Below, in pieces: positions 38,717-51,773 of a stretch of DNA of 64,000 nucleotides. Position 1 is the first letter of the stretch. Each line of letters starts with the position of its first letter. Made by a program: the position numbers and the translations under genes. The stretch lies in the NCBI RefSeq assembly GCF_004010195.1, contig NC_057728.1:52041085-52105084 (forward strand), given 5' to 3'. The stretch is from Chiloscyllium plagiosum. Taxonomy: Eukaryota. The notes beneath the pieces are model-generated. The model searched no databases and had not been told where the DNA came from. It saw only the letters and a list, made by a program, of their open reading frames with translations.

Positions 38717-39490
38717 AACAAGTCCACTTCGACCCTCCGAAGAGTAACCCACTCAGACCCATTCCCCTACCCTGTATTTACCCCTAACTAATGCACCTAA
38801 CACTATGGGCAAGTTAGCATGGCCAATTCACCTGACCTGCACATCTTTGGACTATGGGAGGAAACCGGAGCACCCGGAGGAAACCCACTGTTTTAAAAAA
38901 TTCTCAAGGTCAAGGACCAGGCTCGCAGGAAAGTAGTCTGACACAGAACAAACAGCCAAGAGGCGAGTCTGCTAGAATATAAGTGTTTTTATTCCCCGCA
39001 GCGTCGCCACAACCAGTCTCGTACTTACAACGGGTCTGGTTTATACTCACTCTACGTGTTACCGGAACTGGGAGCCGTCAGTTCTCGTAGAGCGGTTGCC
39101 AACAACCCACGCTCGGCGGTTAAACGTAACCCCGGAGCAGACTCTACCGAACTGGAGACTTTTCCAGCTGATATACTCTTTTCCAGATATAAACATTCAT
39201 GTGAACAGCAGAGCAAGGCTAAAAAACACATTCCATTCTGGTTACATACAGATAGGAAGATTCACACGGGAAGGTGTATAATAAGATTCACACGGGACTA
39301 AGCGACACCTTCCATTTTCGGTTAGATTCACACATGTATTGGGACACAATTTTAACCCTTTCACCACACCCACGCAGACATGGAGAGAATGTGCAAACTC
39401 CACACAAAGAGTCGCCCGAGGCTGGAATCAAACTCGGGTCCCTGGTGCTGTGAGGCAGCAGTGCTAACCACTGAGCCACCGTGCCACCCC
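38672..39490 (-). mobile_element. V-SINE (HE1-like) split by a solo LTR
   Basis: The SINE body breaks at ...GGAGGAAACCCAC (38888) and resumes at CCCACGCAGAC (39369). Confidence 0.85.
38889..39368 (-). mobile_element. Young solo LTR (480 bp)
   Basis: TG...CA termini, 5-bp TSD CCCAC (38884-38888 and 39369-39373), minus-strand AATAAA at 38988-38993, CpG-rich. Confidence 0.85.
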
Positions 39491-40959
39491 ATTTATGAAA
39501 GGAAAGTCAGGCTTGACAAACTTAGAGGTTTTTTTTGAGGATAATACCTGTAGCATAGATAAAGGAAGACCAGTGGATATAGCATATTTGGATTTTAACT
39601 GCCCAATCCTACCACTAAGTGTCCTCCTTTATTATAGATTCAAAAATTCCTCTGTAACTAATAACTAATAACTGATAACAGGTGCTTCCTCTCCCTCCAT
39701 TCTTGGAGAAAGTGGAGACTGCAGATGCTGGAGATCAGAGTCCAAGTTGTGTGCTGGAAATGCACAGCAGATCAGGCAGCATCCGAGGAGCAGGAGAATC
39801 GACGTTTCGAGGATAAGCCCTGATGAAGGCCACACTCTTCGACTCTCCCTCCATACCTGAATAGTGGGGTTATATTCGCCACCTACAAAACTGCAGTTAG
39901 CAGAACTTTGAAAGACTACCAACAATGAACTAATGCTTTCCGTTTTAACACTCCGTGACTGATCACCAAGTCCAGAACACCTGACCACCTTAAGTCCCAT
40001 TAATTTCTTTCTTGTTATTTTAAAACCTAATATTAATACCTTGAAGTTTTTTTGCTTGATTGACTGTCAATTATTTCTGGGAGGGTTTTGGTATTTTTCT
40101 CCATGAAACTATACATGGCAGTACTTCCACCTACAAGTTCTCCTCCAATTCAATCCAATCCATTCTGACTTTGAACTACATTGCTGTTCTGTCATTGTCT
40201 CTGGTTAAAGATATTGTAACTTCCCTCACTAATAGCACTGTGAGGGTACCTATGCCGAATGGACAGCAGAGGTTGAAGAAGATAGCTCACTATCACCTTC
40301 TCCAGGACAATTTAGGAGACAGAATAAATACTAACCTAACCAGCAATGCTCACATCCCTGTGAACGATTGAAAAAAAAACTTGACAGCTGAAGGACAATC
40401 AAATCTGACAGTCGTCTATTAGACTGGTTGAGCTATTAATAGGTGAAACAGATTAATTGGATCAGACTACACTGGAGAACTACACTGGTGCAATTGGGAA
40501 GGGGAATTGAAAGGGGAAACATCCTTGCAGAATCCATCTTGTCAAGTCCCCTCAGGATCTCAGATGTGTCAATAAAATAATCTTTAACTCATCTAAACTG
40601 CAGCGATCGTAGACCCAATTTGTCCAACGTTTCCTCAAAGGTCTTACCCACCCCCAATTCCAGCTATCAGTTAAATGAACCTTCCCTTCATACATGTACA
40701 CCCTTTTTCACATTAACAAATCTTCAGATACTTGCAAACGTCCATGTCATTATCAGTCTTAAAGTTGCAGCATTTTAAATTACATGGCACTCAAAATTGT
40801 GTTGTGATGAAGGTTGGTTTGAGATTTCATTTTTTTAAAAATGCTATTCTAGTCAAGAGGAAGTCATTAATTACTCAAAACAGGGATGGGGTCAATCATA
40901 ATCACTCCCACCACAAAGTACGCGACATCAGGAGAACCTTCAATGCAATCTTTAGAAAA

Positions 40960-40980
40960 ATGCTGCTGAGGCAGCTTGCA
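40960..40980 (+). CDS. Candidate first coding exon of the cytochrome b5 reductase gene (MLLRQLA)
   Basis: Sequence is aaaATGCTGCTGAGGCAGCTTGCA|GTAAGC: 7 codons and a phase-0 strong donor, the same size as human CYB5R3 coding exon 1 (MGAQLST). It joins in frame to 60193. Not confirmed by transcripts. Confidence 0.4.
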
Positions 40981-42634
40981 GTAAGCCAAATCAAAGCAGA
41001 AACTGTAGGCTGTTTGCAAATTCAATACATTTAAAATAGCTGCACAGAAGAGCAGCTATTGAAAAAAAACCAAAGTGGAGAGCAGTAAACAGTGGGCTGA
41101 CTTAGGCATTGTCGGATGATGGATATCGGGGAACATTTGCAGACCAGATAGGCTACAGCGGGTCTGAGAGGACAGACAAGATGAACAATCCGTGACAGCT
41201 GATCTCACGGCAGAGTATCTGCCAGTAGCAGTTGCTCTGAGAAAAGAATGTGTTTGATTTTGATATGGAGTCAAGGACATGTTTGAATTTCTGAATAATT
41301 AGAATTTATACAGCTCCATACATAGAATTTATGCAGAGTCATTAATTTCAGCTGAAAGATCAATTATCGATGTGCATAGAGGTCCTTTGGAGTTTATTCC
41401 CCAGTAAATCTGTGATTATTGAAATAGACACTTTGAATGGGGATAGCAGTTACATTCAGTGGGTGTCCAAAGATTTGCAACACCAAGTGGACAAGACCCC
41501 AGATGTTCCATGTGAGGACAGTCACTCACAGGGTGTGCCTATCAGGAAATTGGGGGATCCTTACATACATATTCCCACCCGAACGACAGGGTAGAGGTTT
41601 CACATTGAGCACAGTCGTGAAATTGGGTTTATTGGATCGATTCTAGGATAAGAGAACAGACCAATGAGGTGAGGTTGATTGGAGCTGAGGGTCATTTATA
41701 AGTATTAGACCTGATCCTGAGTATTACTGACAGAGTCATCTTGTTGAAGCTTTTCATCTTACTGCATCAATGCAATTCACATGAATATCAGGAAGTTAAC
41801 TGTCCCAGACGGCAGTGGAGGCCCAGTCTCTGGATTCATTTAAGAAAGAGTTGGATAGAGCTCTCAAGGCTAGTGGAATCAAGGGTTATGGAGATAAGGC
41901 AGGAACAGGATATTGATTAAGGATGATCAGCCATGATCATATTGAATGGTGGTGCAGGCTCGAAGGGCAGAATGGCCTATTCCTGCACCTATTGTCTGTT
42001 GTCTATTGTCTAATCATCATTAACTGGTGCAATGCCCATGGAAACACTTCTACCAGTCTACTTGCCAACGAATAAGCACTTTTCCCTTAAATTGGCATTC
42101 TTCAGAATTGTCCTGAGGAGTACAAAATTAAAATCTTTGTCAAATTGTGTCTTTTACCAGCAATATTTGCATTCTGTGCTAACAAATGACTATGCACATC
42201 CCAGATGTGATCTCACGAAAAGATAAAAAGCCCGAGAAGGTTTGATGGTAGGTGCTGGGAGGACATCATCCCTGGCTGGGAAATTTGTAAATGGCTTTAC
42301 AGCCTGAAAATAAGAGGCATAACATTTATTTTGAGTTGATGAGGAAGGGTGTCTTCCTCACCTCTAACAGCACAGTGGATGTGACAGCATCACATTGGCT
42401 CTCGTGGTTCAAGAAAGTGGCTCACTGCAGCCCTCTTAAGGGCAATTAGGGATCAGTAACAAATGCTAACTCAGATAACGACACTTTATTCTGCTAAAGA
42501 CTAAATCGTTTACCCCATACATTCCTCGTGAATTTAAAATGTAATTTCTACTTACACAGCAACTTGCAGAATGATTCACACAGTTATCATGGCTTTACTT
42601 ACTCTCCAGATTAAACTACTGGAAGATATTGTGA

Positions 42635-44065
42635 TCAGCCAAGGACATTTCTCAGCCGCTTGTACTCCCTGTACACCCATGACTGTGCAGCCAAATTCTG
42701 AATAACCTCCATCTACAAGTTTGCTGATGACACTGCCGTAGTAGGAAGGATATCAAAACAATGATGAGTCAGAATCAGGAAGGAGAGAGAGGGCTTGGTG
42801 TCTTGGTGCAATGATAACAACCTTTCTCTCAATGTTGGCAAAACAAAAGAACTAATCATTGACTTCAGGAAGAAAGGAAGAGGTCATGCCCCCATCTACA
42901 TTAACAAAACTGAGGTTGAAAGGGTGGAGTGTGTCAAGTTCCTCGGAGTGATGATAACCGATAATCTGTCCTGAACTTCCCACATAGATGCGATGGTCAA
43001 AAAGGCACAACAATGCTCTTCTTCCTCAGGAGGCTTAGAAAATTTTGGCATGTCCACAAGGACCCTCACCCCAACCTTTACAAATGCACCAGAGAGAACA
43101 TTTTATCCAAATGCATAACTGCTTGGCATGGCAACTGCTCTGCCCAGGACCATAAGAAACTGCAGAAAGTTGTGTGCACAACCCAGATCATCATGGAAGC
43201 CAATCTCCCAACCATGGATTCCATTACAGTTCTTGTTGCTGCGGAAAGGCTACCAATATCAACGTACCCACCGACCTCGGTAATGCTATTTTCCTACCTC
43301 TTTCATTAAAAGCTTGAACATACATACTAATAGGTTCATGAACAGCTTCTTCTTACTGTTATTAGACTGCTGAATGGACTCTCTAATTTCACATGATTCT
43401 GAACTTAGTGTCATAGAGATGTACAGCATGGAAACAGACCCTTCGGTCCAACCCGTCCATGCCGACCAGATATCCCAACCCAATCTAGTCCCACCTGCCA
43501 GCACCTGGCCCATATCCCTCCAAACCCTTCCTATTCATATACCCATCCAAATGCCTTTTAAATGTTGCAATTGTACCAGCCTCCTTCACTTCCTCTGGCA
43601 GCTCATTCCATACACGTACCACCCTCTGCGTGAAAATGTTGCCCATTAGGTCTCTTTTATATCTTTCCCCTCTCTCCCTAAACCTATTCCCTCTAGTTTT
43701 GGACTCCCCGACCCCAGGTAAAAGACTTTGCCTATTTACCCTATCCAAGTCCCTCATAATTTTGTAAACCTCTATAAGGTCACCCCTCAGCCTCCAATGC
43801 TCCAGGGAAAAGAGCTCCAGCCTGTTCAGCCTTTCCCTGTAGCTCAAACCGTCCAACCTTGGCAACATCCTTGTAAATCTTTTCTGAACCCTTTCAAGTT
43901 TCACAACATCTATCTTGCTAATGTTGATGTCACTTTATCCATCTCCTGTGCCGTTGTAACCTTGTATGCCTCACTCTATGTCCTTGTTTACTATGATCTG
44001 CCTGTACTCCTTGCAAAGTAAAGCTTTTCACTGTGCTTAGGTACATGTGACTACAATAATTCAAA
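42635..44065 (+). mobile_element. Rex1/Babar-type LINE 3' fragment, interrupted by a CR1 (43410-43910, minus)
   Basis: Reads YKFADDTAVVGRI...KTKELIIDFRKK...KFLGVMITDNLS*...KKAQQ, with tail cactgtgcttaggtacatgtgactacaata. Confidence 0.8.
43410..43910 (-). mobile_element. Young CR1 LINE 3' fragment
   Basis: Open reading KLERVQKRFTRMLPRLDGLSYRERLNRLELFSLEHWRLRGDLIEVYKIM...FTQRVVRVWNELPEEV plus 3' UTR. Confidence 0.9.
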
Positions 44066-44604
44066 CAAAATTTAGCTTTCACATACCCTCAAGTGACAGA
44101 ATGAGTGTGATGAATTAGTCTTGAAAGTTACTTAGGTGACAGTACCAATTGGGAGTCCAGTTAAGAGAGTCTGAAAGGGCCGAAGAGTCTGCCAGTTCCT
44201 GAAGCAGGCTGGGCCAAAAGCCTGTCTGGGTGCTCAGACTCTAGCACTGCATTTAAAAGATCGAAATATAAAACATCCTTCCCACGCATTCTCCCTCACC
44301 TCCACCTAACAAATTAAGTGTAGCATTTTGATACAACTGAGTAGTTTGTTATGCCATTTCAGAGAGCAGTTAAACTCACTAATATTTGCTGTGGATCTGA
44401 AGTCACCTGTAAACCACATCAGATAAGGGCAAAAGATTTTTCTTCCTTAAAAATGTACTGTTGAACCAGATGAGTTTTTACAGCATCAACAGGATGCTCA
44501 GCATTAGACTAATTTTAAATTCCAGATTCATTAAGTGTTTCATATTTCATCATCTGTCAGTGATGGGATTTCAACCCATTCCCCAAAACATTAACCTACA
44601 TGTT

Positions 44605-44825
44605 AAGGTTTAGCTCAGTTAGCTGGATGGTTGGTTTACAAAGCAGTGTGATGCCAACAGTATGGGTTCAATTCCATCACCAATTTGAAGTTACCATGAA
44701 GGACTCTCCTCCTCAACCTCTTCCCTCACCTGAGGTCTGATGGCCCTCAGATTAAATCACCAGCAGTCGCTACTCTCTAATGAGAGAGAGCAGCCCCTAT
44801 GGTCTGGTAAAGACTACGGCAACAC
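44605..44825 (+). mobile_element. tRNA-derived SINE (unclassified)
   Basis: A-box TAGCTCAGTTAG and B-box GGTTCAATTCC. Related degraded copies on the minus strand at about 16090-16240 and 59960-60120. Confidence 0.55.
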
Positions 44826-46679
44826 AACCTACATATGACTCCAAATCCATCATTTTAAGTGTAGTAATATTGCTGGTCTAAATAATAGAGGGTCAACCGA
44901 TGTTCGAGGAACCAGGGTTCAAACTGCACCATTGTAGCTGATGGAAATTAAGTTCAATTAAATCTGAAATTGAAAGCCAATCTTAGTTATCTGGAGTTTT
45001 ATGTTGGCCAGGCTAGATAAGGACATCAGTATCTTCCATAAAGAGCATTAGTGAGTCAGATAGGGTTTTTATGGCATGCAAGTCCATAATGTTGTCTACT
45101 CTTAACTATGCTCCAAAATGTTCTAGCAAGCCACTGAATTCAAGGGAAATTAGGGAGGGACAATAAATGCCAGCCTTGCCAGCGACACCTACACCTCATG
45201 AGAAAATTTTAAAAATTAAGTGTTGCCTTTTGTCATTGCGCAACATTTCCCTAAGTTATAGACCCAGGAAGCAAAAGGACCAGCCGTTCAAAAATAGATT
45301 GTCCAAAAATCTATAGGGCATGTGGATAAGCCAATCAGCTTCCCTGCCTGGTCTCTCAGTCAGGCGTGGTGGTCTTCCAGCAGCCCACGGCAGACTTTTG
45401 GATCAGCATGGCCTCAGCGTGGACTTCTGGTCTCAAGATGATTCTAGAGCAGTGTCCCAGCTTCGAGAACCTCGAGCTGAAGCCTGCATGGTCTGGAGTC
45501 ATGGGTGGGGGCGGACTGGAGGGTAGGTGCCAGCATGAACTGGGTTAGGACAGTTGTTCTGAACTTTTTATTTCTCTACTTTCTAAGTTATTCCTGCTAT
45601 CTGTAATGCTGGACATTTTATTTCCTTATTTTGTAATGTTTTTCCTTAGAACTTGTACTGAAAAATCTGTGTACCTAGGTGCCTTTGTATTTAAGATGGT
45701 AACCTAAGTGGCAGCTTATAAACTTTTCACTATACTCATCATGTGACAATAAAGCTAATTGAGATGTCTGTAAAATGTAAACTTCATTTTACAAGAACGG
45801 CTTTAGGGCTCAGAGACTCCACTTACAAGGACTAATTGACAGAACTTTGCTTTTTTTTCAGGAAGTGAAAACTGAGAAGAGGATAGTTCAAAACCATGAA
45901 AGGGCTGGACAGAGTAAAGAGAGGAGAAATTGTTCTCAGTGGTCAGAAGAGTCAACAACCACATGACAAATGATTTAATACGAATGGTAAAAGAAAGGAA
46001 TGTGAGATGAGGAAAAACTTTCTTTAAAAACTCAGCAAGTGGTTAGGATCTGGATTGTGCCGGAGTGTGTGATGGTGCCTGGTCAACAGATAATTTAATA
46101 GATAGTTGGATAACTAACTTAAAAGAATAAATTTTGCAGATTTATAGAGAAAAGGCATGGGCGAGGGACTGGCTGAGTTGATATTGTATACAGCCAGCAC
46201 AGACACATGGAACTGAATGGCCTCATTCTATACTCAGACATAATCTGCTGTAATTTCATGTAATTATGGTACCTCCCAAAGCACATGCCAATTTCATAAT
46301 TTGTGCATAAAAACAGTTGTATCTCACACAAAGAAAGCAAATGTGGTCCTGGGAGAATCCAACTAAGAAGTCATCTGAGGTTAGTGAAGTCTGCTTGATT
46401 CACATGAGGAAAGAGTCATAATAACAGGCCAGGTATCAAAAACAGTTCTCAGCTTCACAAAATCCAGCACTGCTAACATACTCCTGGCTGTTCAACAAAA
46501 AAATGGCAAAAAAAGAACTAAGTGTGACGTTTCGTGGTTACATGAAAATGCACTAAATTAGATAGAAAAGAAGCAAATCGACAAGGTACTCAAAATAGCT
46601 AGCCCAAAGGACATGTACATTAATTGGCCAGATGTTCAGAAAATACAATTAAAATGCTTTCAATATTTGAAAGTATTTA

Positions 46680-47472
46680 GAATAGAAATTTCTTGTCACG
46701 TGTACTTCTACATGAAAAGTACAGTGAAGTTTCATAAGTTGTCCCACAGTGCCTACATCAACAATAGAAGTCACACAATAATAATAATGAAATAAAATTA
46801 AGACAAAATACACCACAGTTCAGCTCACAGCTCCTAGGCTTGGGGAAAGACGATTTAAGAAGGATGGAATACCCTGAAGATGCAGCTGGGATGAGACTAC
46901 CATTGCTTGATGAGAATGCCACGCCGGCACCAGACCGTTGTGCTGGGTTACTGGAACACTGGGCTGGATGCCTCCACCAAAGAAGACTGCTGTGCTAGGC
47001 TGAGATCGCCACTCCTGAAGGAGACCGCCTGCCAGGCTACTGGATTACTTGGAAGATGAATCAGTCTTCCACATGGGGACGAGACCTCCACACCAGGGCA
47101 AAACCACTACAACGGAACAAGACCACGCACAGGAGCCACCACGCTGGGCTGAGACTTCCATTTCTCCTCCGTCAGACACCTGGGCCTAGCTGTAGACCTG
47201 GAGCCTCAGCCTAGCCTGCAAGGCTAGGCTAGTGGAGTCATCCCAGGGCTTGCTCCTCACTCACGGGGAAACTCCAGGCTGGGATGGAGTCTTGTCCGGC
47301 TAGTCAAGGCGTTACTGCCAAATGCCTCCTCCCTTATCTATCACTCCAGGCTTAAAAATTTGCAAAAAGAAAACAAAGAAAAAAAAGGAGCAAAAGTAAA
47401 ATGAAGATAAGATAGAGAAAGACAGCCACGCACAGAGCCCTTGGCTCAGTCCCTGCACTACTGCCATCTTGG
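46680..47472 (-). mobile_element. Non-autonomous element with Rex1-type 3' tail
   Basis: The minus strand starts CCAAGATGGC and ends ...actgtac...gtacacgtgacaagaaatttctattcta, like the Rex1 tails at 44030-44060 and 57710-57755. A similar element lies at about 45330-45760 (plus). Confidence 0.45.
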
Positions 47473-50400
47473 GAAGGTGCTCAAAATATTCCCAGTCGTT
47501 AATGGAAGTGGTGTTGCATTCAATACTATTTCAACAATCTCAAAATGTTGCTATCTGAATGAAACACATTGTTATAACGCTAGTTGCATGTTATTTTTCA
47601 TAAATTTAAACTGAGTTACCTCAGCAGCAATGTCACATTCAAGGTTATTTCAGGAAGGGAGCCACGTATAAAGTTTCCACTTGGAGTTTAAGTATTTTTT
47701 TTAAATCAACCTTGTTTGACTGTTTCATGACACACTGCCATGGCCATTACACTGCAAGGTGAATTTTGAGCCTAGAATTTCTGGTCCAGAGATACAGACA
47801 CTTCTACTGCACCACACAACGCTCTGAGTATTGTTACTTATTAACCTTTTTCAGGGAAAGTATTATTCCTGTCGACCTTCTCAAATGGAAGTAAAAGGTC
47901 ATAGTCTTGAGGGTATGGGATTGGCCATGAAGGGCTGAGAGAGGAGAAATTTCTTCTCCCAGACAACGATGAGCCTGTGGAATTCTCTGCCACAGAAAGC
48001 AGAGAATATTTTCATGGAGGAGTTAGATGGCAGTTTTGAGGGCTAAAGGGATCAAAAGGCATGGGAAGCAAGCAGGAAGAGGGTGCGGAGTTGGATGACT
48101 GGCCATGGTCATACTGAATGGCAGAGCAGACTCCAAGGGGAAAATATCATAATATTTCCATGTTTCTATCCGGCAGCACTACTTTAAAAGAAGAGAGGAG
48201 GCATTTTTGGCAGGCAATGGCTAGACTATTATTCCAGATATCCAGATAATGTTCTGTGGAAAACAACAAACACTGGAGATCACGGGGGGAGAGGGGGCGG
48301 GGGGGGGGGGTCATCAGCATGAATGGAGAGACAGCACGCTACGATTCCTCTACAAGTCATCCAGACTTGAAACATTAGCTTTCTCTCTCTCCCTCTCTCT
48401 CTCTATGGATACTGTCTGACCCACTGTGGTCCCCAGCATTTGTTGTTTTCGGTCTAGATTCCAGCATTTGCAGTAATTTGTCCCTATGATGTTCGGAGGA
48501 CCCAGGTTCAAAATCCACCACAACAGATGATGGAATCTGAATTCAGTTTAAGGAAAAATCTGAATTAAGAATCTAATGATGACCATGAATCCATTGTCGA
48601 TTGTCAAGAAAAACCCATCTGGGTCACTGTTGTCCTTTAGGGAAGGAAACTGGTCTGTTCTTACCTGGTCTGGCCCAACATGTCACTCCAAACCCACAGC
48701 AGACTGGTGGATCCTTAACTGCCCTCTGGGCAATTAGAAATGGACAATATATGCTAGCCTAGCAAGAGACACCCATAACCCGTGAATGAATAAAACAATA
48801 GTCAGACAGTTCTCCTGGTTCTGGCTTATCCTTTAATTAAATTAACTAAAGCAGAAATAAAAACAGAAAATGCTGAAGAAACTCTTAAGTCTTGCAGCAT
48901 CTGTGGTAATTGGAATGGCATTAACATTTTCCTTTTATTTAACTAAAACAGCATATGCATTACACATTATTACAATTTGTGGGAGCTTGCTGTCCCCAAT
49001 TGTGTTGTTGCATTTGCATATCATTGCAACTGAGACTATATTCAAGCAGTAGAGATGTCAAACAGTTCACCTAAACTATTTAAATCATTAAATTCAAAGT
49101 TAAATGCAGTCATTCTGCTTGAACAAGTCTCATGCAGGAACTATTTCTGCCACATCACTCTTCCTCAAGATCACATTTTCATAACCAATCTGTTCCAAAT
49201 AGCAAACGTATCTCAGAACTAAAAGACACAAGAAAATTGTAAGCAAAAAACATGCTGGCATTCACATCTGATGAATTTATTTTAAGAAAGGTTTTTCACT
49301 GGATGTTAGTCAAGGCAAATAGGCTTACGTTCATCTTTGAAGTTTTATTTTGTCATCAAACTGAAAACTACTTTAGGTGCAAAAGCAGCTTTGATTTGAC
49401 CAGTTTGCATTGTCCTCTGTACTCAGGAAGAATGTGGGCAGCGTCTGCAATACGTCCTGGTATATGTGGTGTAAGTTGGAAAGCCTGCACACTCTTGTTA
49501 CTAATTCCTGTCCTCCCAAGTGCCTGGATTCCTGCTCCTTACAGATCCAGTTAGATATTTCCTTTACTACCCGGTTAGGGAAATTAAATGTGAGCAGCCT
49601 ATGTTACACACAGTGGAGACATTCTTTTTACTCTGCTGAATGATTGAGCCTGATAGATGTCAGTTTACAGCAAATGCTCAGGACAGAATTGTTGCCTTTT
49701 AATGGTTTTTAGAAAATAACATGACACTTAGCAGAAATGATCCTGCTGAAAACAAGTTGTTTTGGTGATGTAAGTGGTGCAGCTGTTATTTGCTCTTCAA
49801 GGCATTAAACTGAGGGAATATCAAAGACTCCACAAACAGAAAACGTTATAACAGTTGGCAATCAAGCGGAAGGCTGCTAAAAATGAACTTGAGCTTCCTG
49901 TTTCAGTATAGCCTGTCTCCTGGCCACAAATTCAAAACAGATTTACAGCTCAATTCTTTTGTGGCTAGCCATTTAGGAGACAGGGAATGAGTTTATCTGG
50001 TCATCTCTCAGTGGAAGGGCACCACACTTTCTCATGTGGAGTTCACCTTGTAAGAGGTTGAGGCAGAGGTGCAATGTAATTTAGACTTCCAGCTAACTTA
50101 ATCTGCTTCCGGTGACAGAGCGTTTATAACCGATGAAACATACTCGGGGGAAATAGTAACAAAACATAGAGGCAACATGAGGAAATGTTCAATTTTTACA
50201 CAACGAATGGTTGTGAGCTAGGACGTGCTGCCTAAAAGGCAGGTAGGAACAGATTCAGTGCTAACTTTCAAAAGGGAATGGAATAAATGCTCAACGGGGG
50301 AGTATTAAAGTAGGTGACAGGAAAAGAACAGGTGAGGGGGATTAATTAGATCACTCTTTTAAAAAGACTATGTGGGCATGATGACTCAAATGGCACTATA

Positions 50401-50884
50401 TGTGCTGTACCATACTATGTATAGGCATATTGTGGACAGCTACCCAGTTTGCACAGCATCTGCCAGCTGCTCCATAATAATGTTATATGACGACAGATGC
50501 AACTCAGATGTTGCTTATTTACAGAACATTCATTGCCAAATTCACCAAAAATGGCCGCGAGATGGGAAAAGACTCAGTGGAAACAGCAGTAAACACCAGC
50601 AACAGTTCCCCCTGCCAATCCTGCCTCCAAATTGGTATGATTTGTCCTGACAATTCACAAAGAGTGATTCAAAGACAGACTTCTCAAAACAACCCTTAGG
50701 AAACAGATCAGCACAATTCATACAGAGCAACACAGGAGAAAATGGATCACAGAGCAATGATAAAGTATAAAGAGAGGCAGTTAGGAGGTGGAGATGATTT
50801 TCATTAATTCCTTCACTGCAGAAAACATTGTCCATTAGCTAGCTTGGTCTTCAATAGTGCTTGATGTGAATTATGTAGAGCAAA

Positions 50885-51773
50885 GTGTGCATGACTATGA
50901 AAGTTTGCAGAGTAACATAGATAGTTTAAGAGAATGGGCAAAGGTCTGGCAGAGGGAGTACAATGTTAATAAATGTGAAGTTATCCGTTTCGGTAGGAAT
51001 AACAGTAAAAAGGACTATGACTTGAATGGCAAGAAATTGCAGCAAGGTGTTGTGCAGAAGGACCTGGGTGCCCTTGTGCATAGATCACAGGAGGTCGGTC
51101 TGCGAGGTGCAGCAGGTAATTAAGAAGACAAATGGAATTTTGTCCTTCATTGCTAGAGGGATTGAGTTTAAAAGCCGGGAGATTATATTGCAGCTGTACA
51201 GTGCATTGGTGATGCCACGCCTGGAGTAGTGTGTGTAGGTTTGGTCTCCTTACTTGAGAAAGGATGTACTGGCACTAGAGGGAGTGCAGAGGAGATTCAC
51301 TAGGTTGATTCAGGATCTGAGGGAGTTGGCCTATGAGGAGAGACTGCGTTTATATTCATTGGAATGTAGAAGAATATGGGGGGAATCTTATAGAAACATC
51401 TAACATTATGAAGGGAATAGACAGGAAAGAAGTAGAGGAGGTTTCCACTGGCAGGTGAAACTAGAACGAGAGGGCATAGCCTCAAAAATTAAGAGGAGCA
51501 GATTTAGAACTGAATTGAGGAGGAACTTCTTCACCCACAGGGTTGTGAATTTGTGGAATCCCTTGTCCAGTGGAGTAGTTGAGGCTTCCTCATTCAATGT
51601 TTTTAAAGCTAAGATTGATAAATTTTGAACAGTAAAGGAATTAAGGGTTATGGTGAGTGGGCGGGTAAGTGAAGCTGAGGCCTCAAAAAGATCAGCCATG
51701 ATCTTATCGAATGGCAGGGCAGGCTCGATGGGCCTTATGGCCTACTCCTGCTTCTGGTTCTTATATTCCTATG
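50885..51773 (+). mobile_element. CR1 LINE 3' fragment
   Basis: Reads LQSNIDSLREWAKVWQREYNVNKCEVIRFG...IKKTNGILSFIARGIEFKSREIILQLYSALVMPRLE, then RT end and 3' UTR. Confidence 0.9.
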
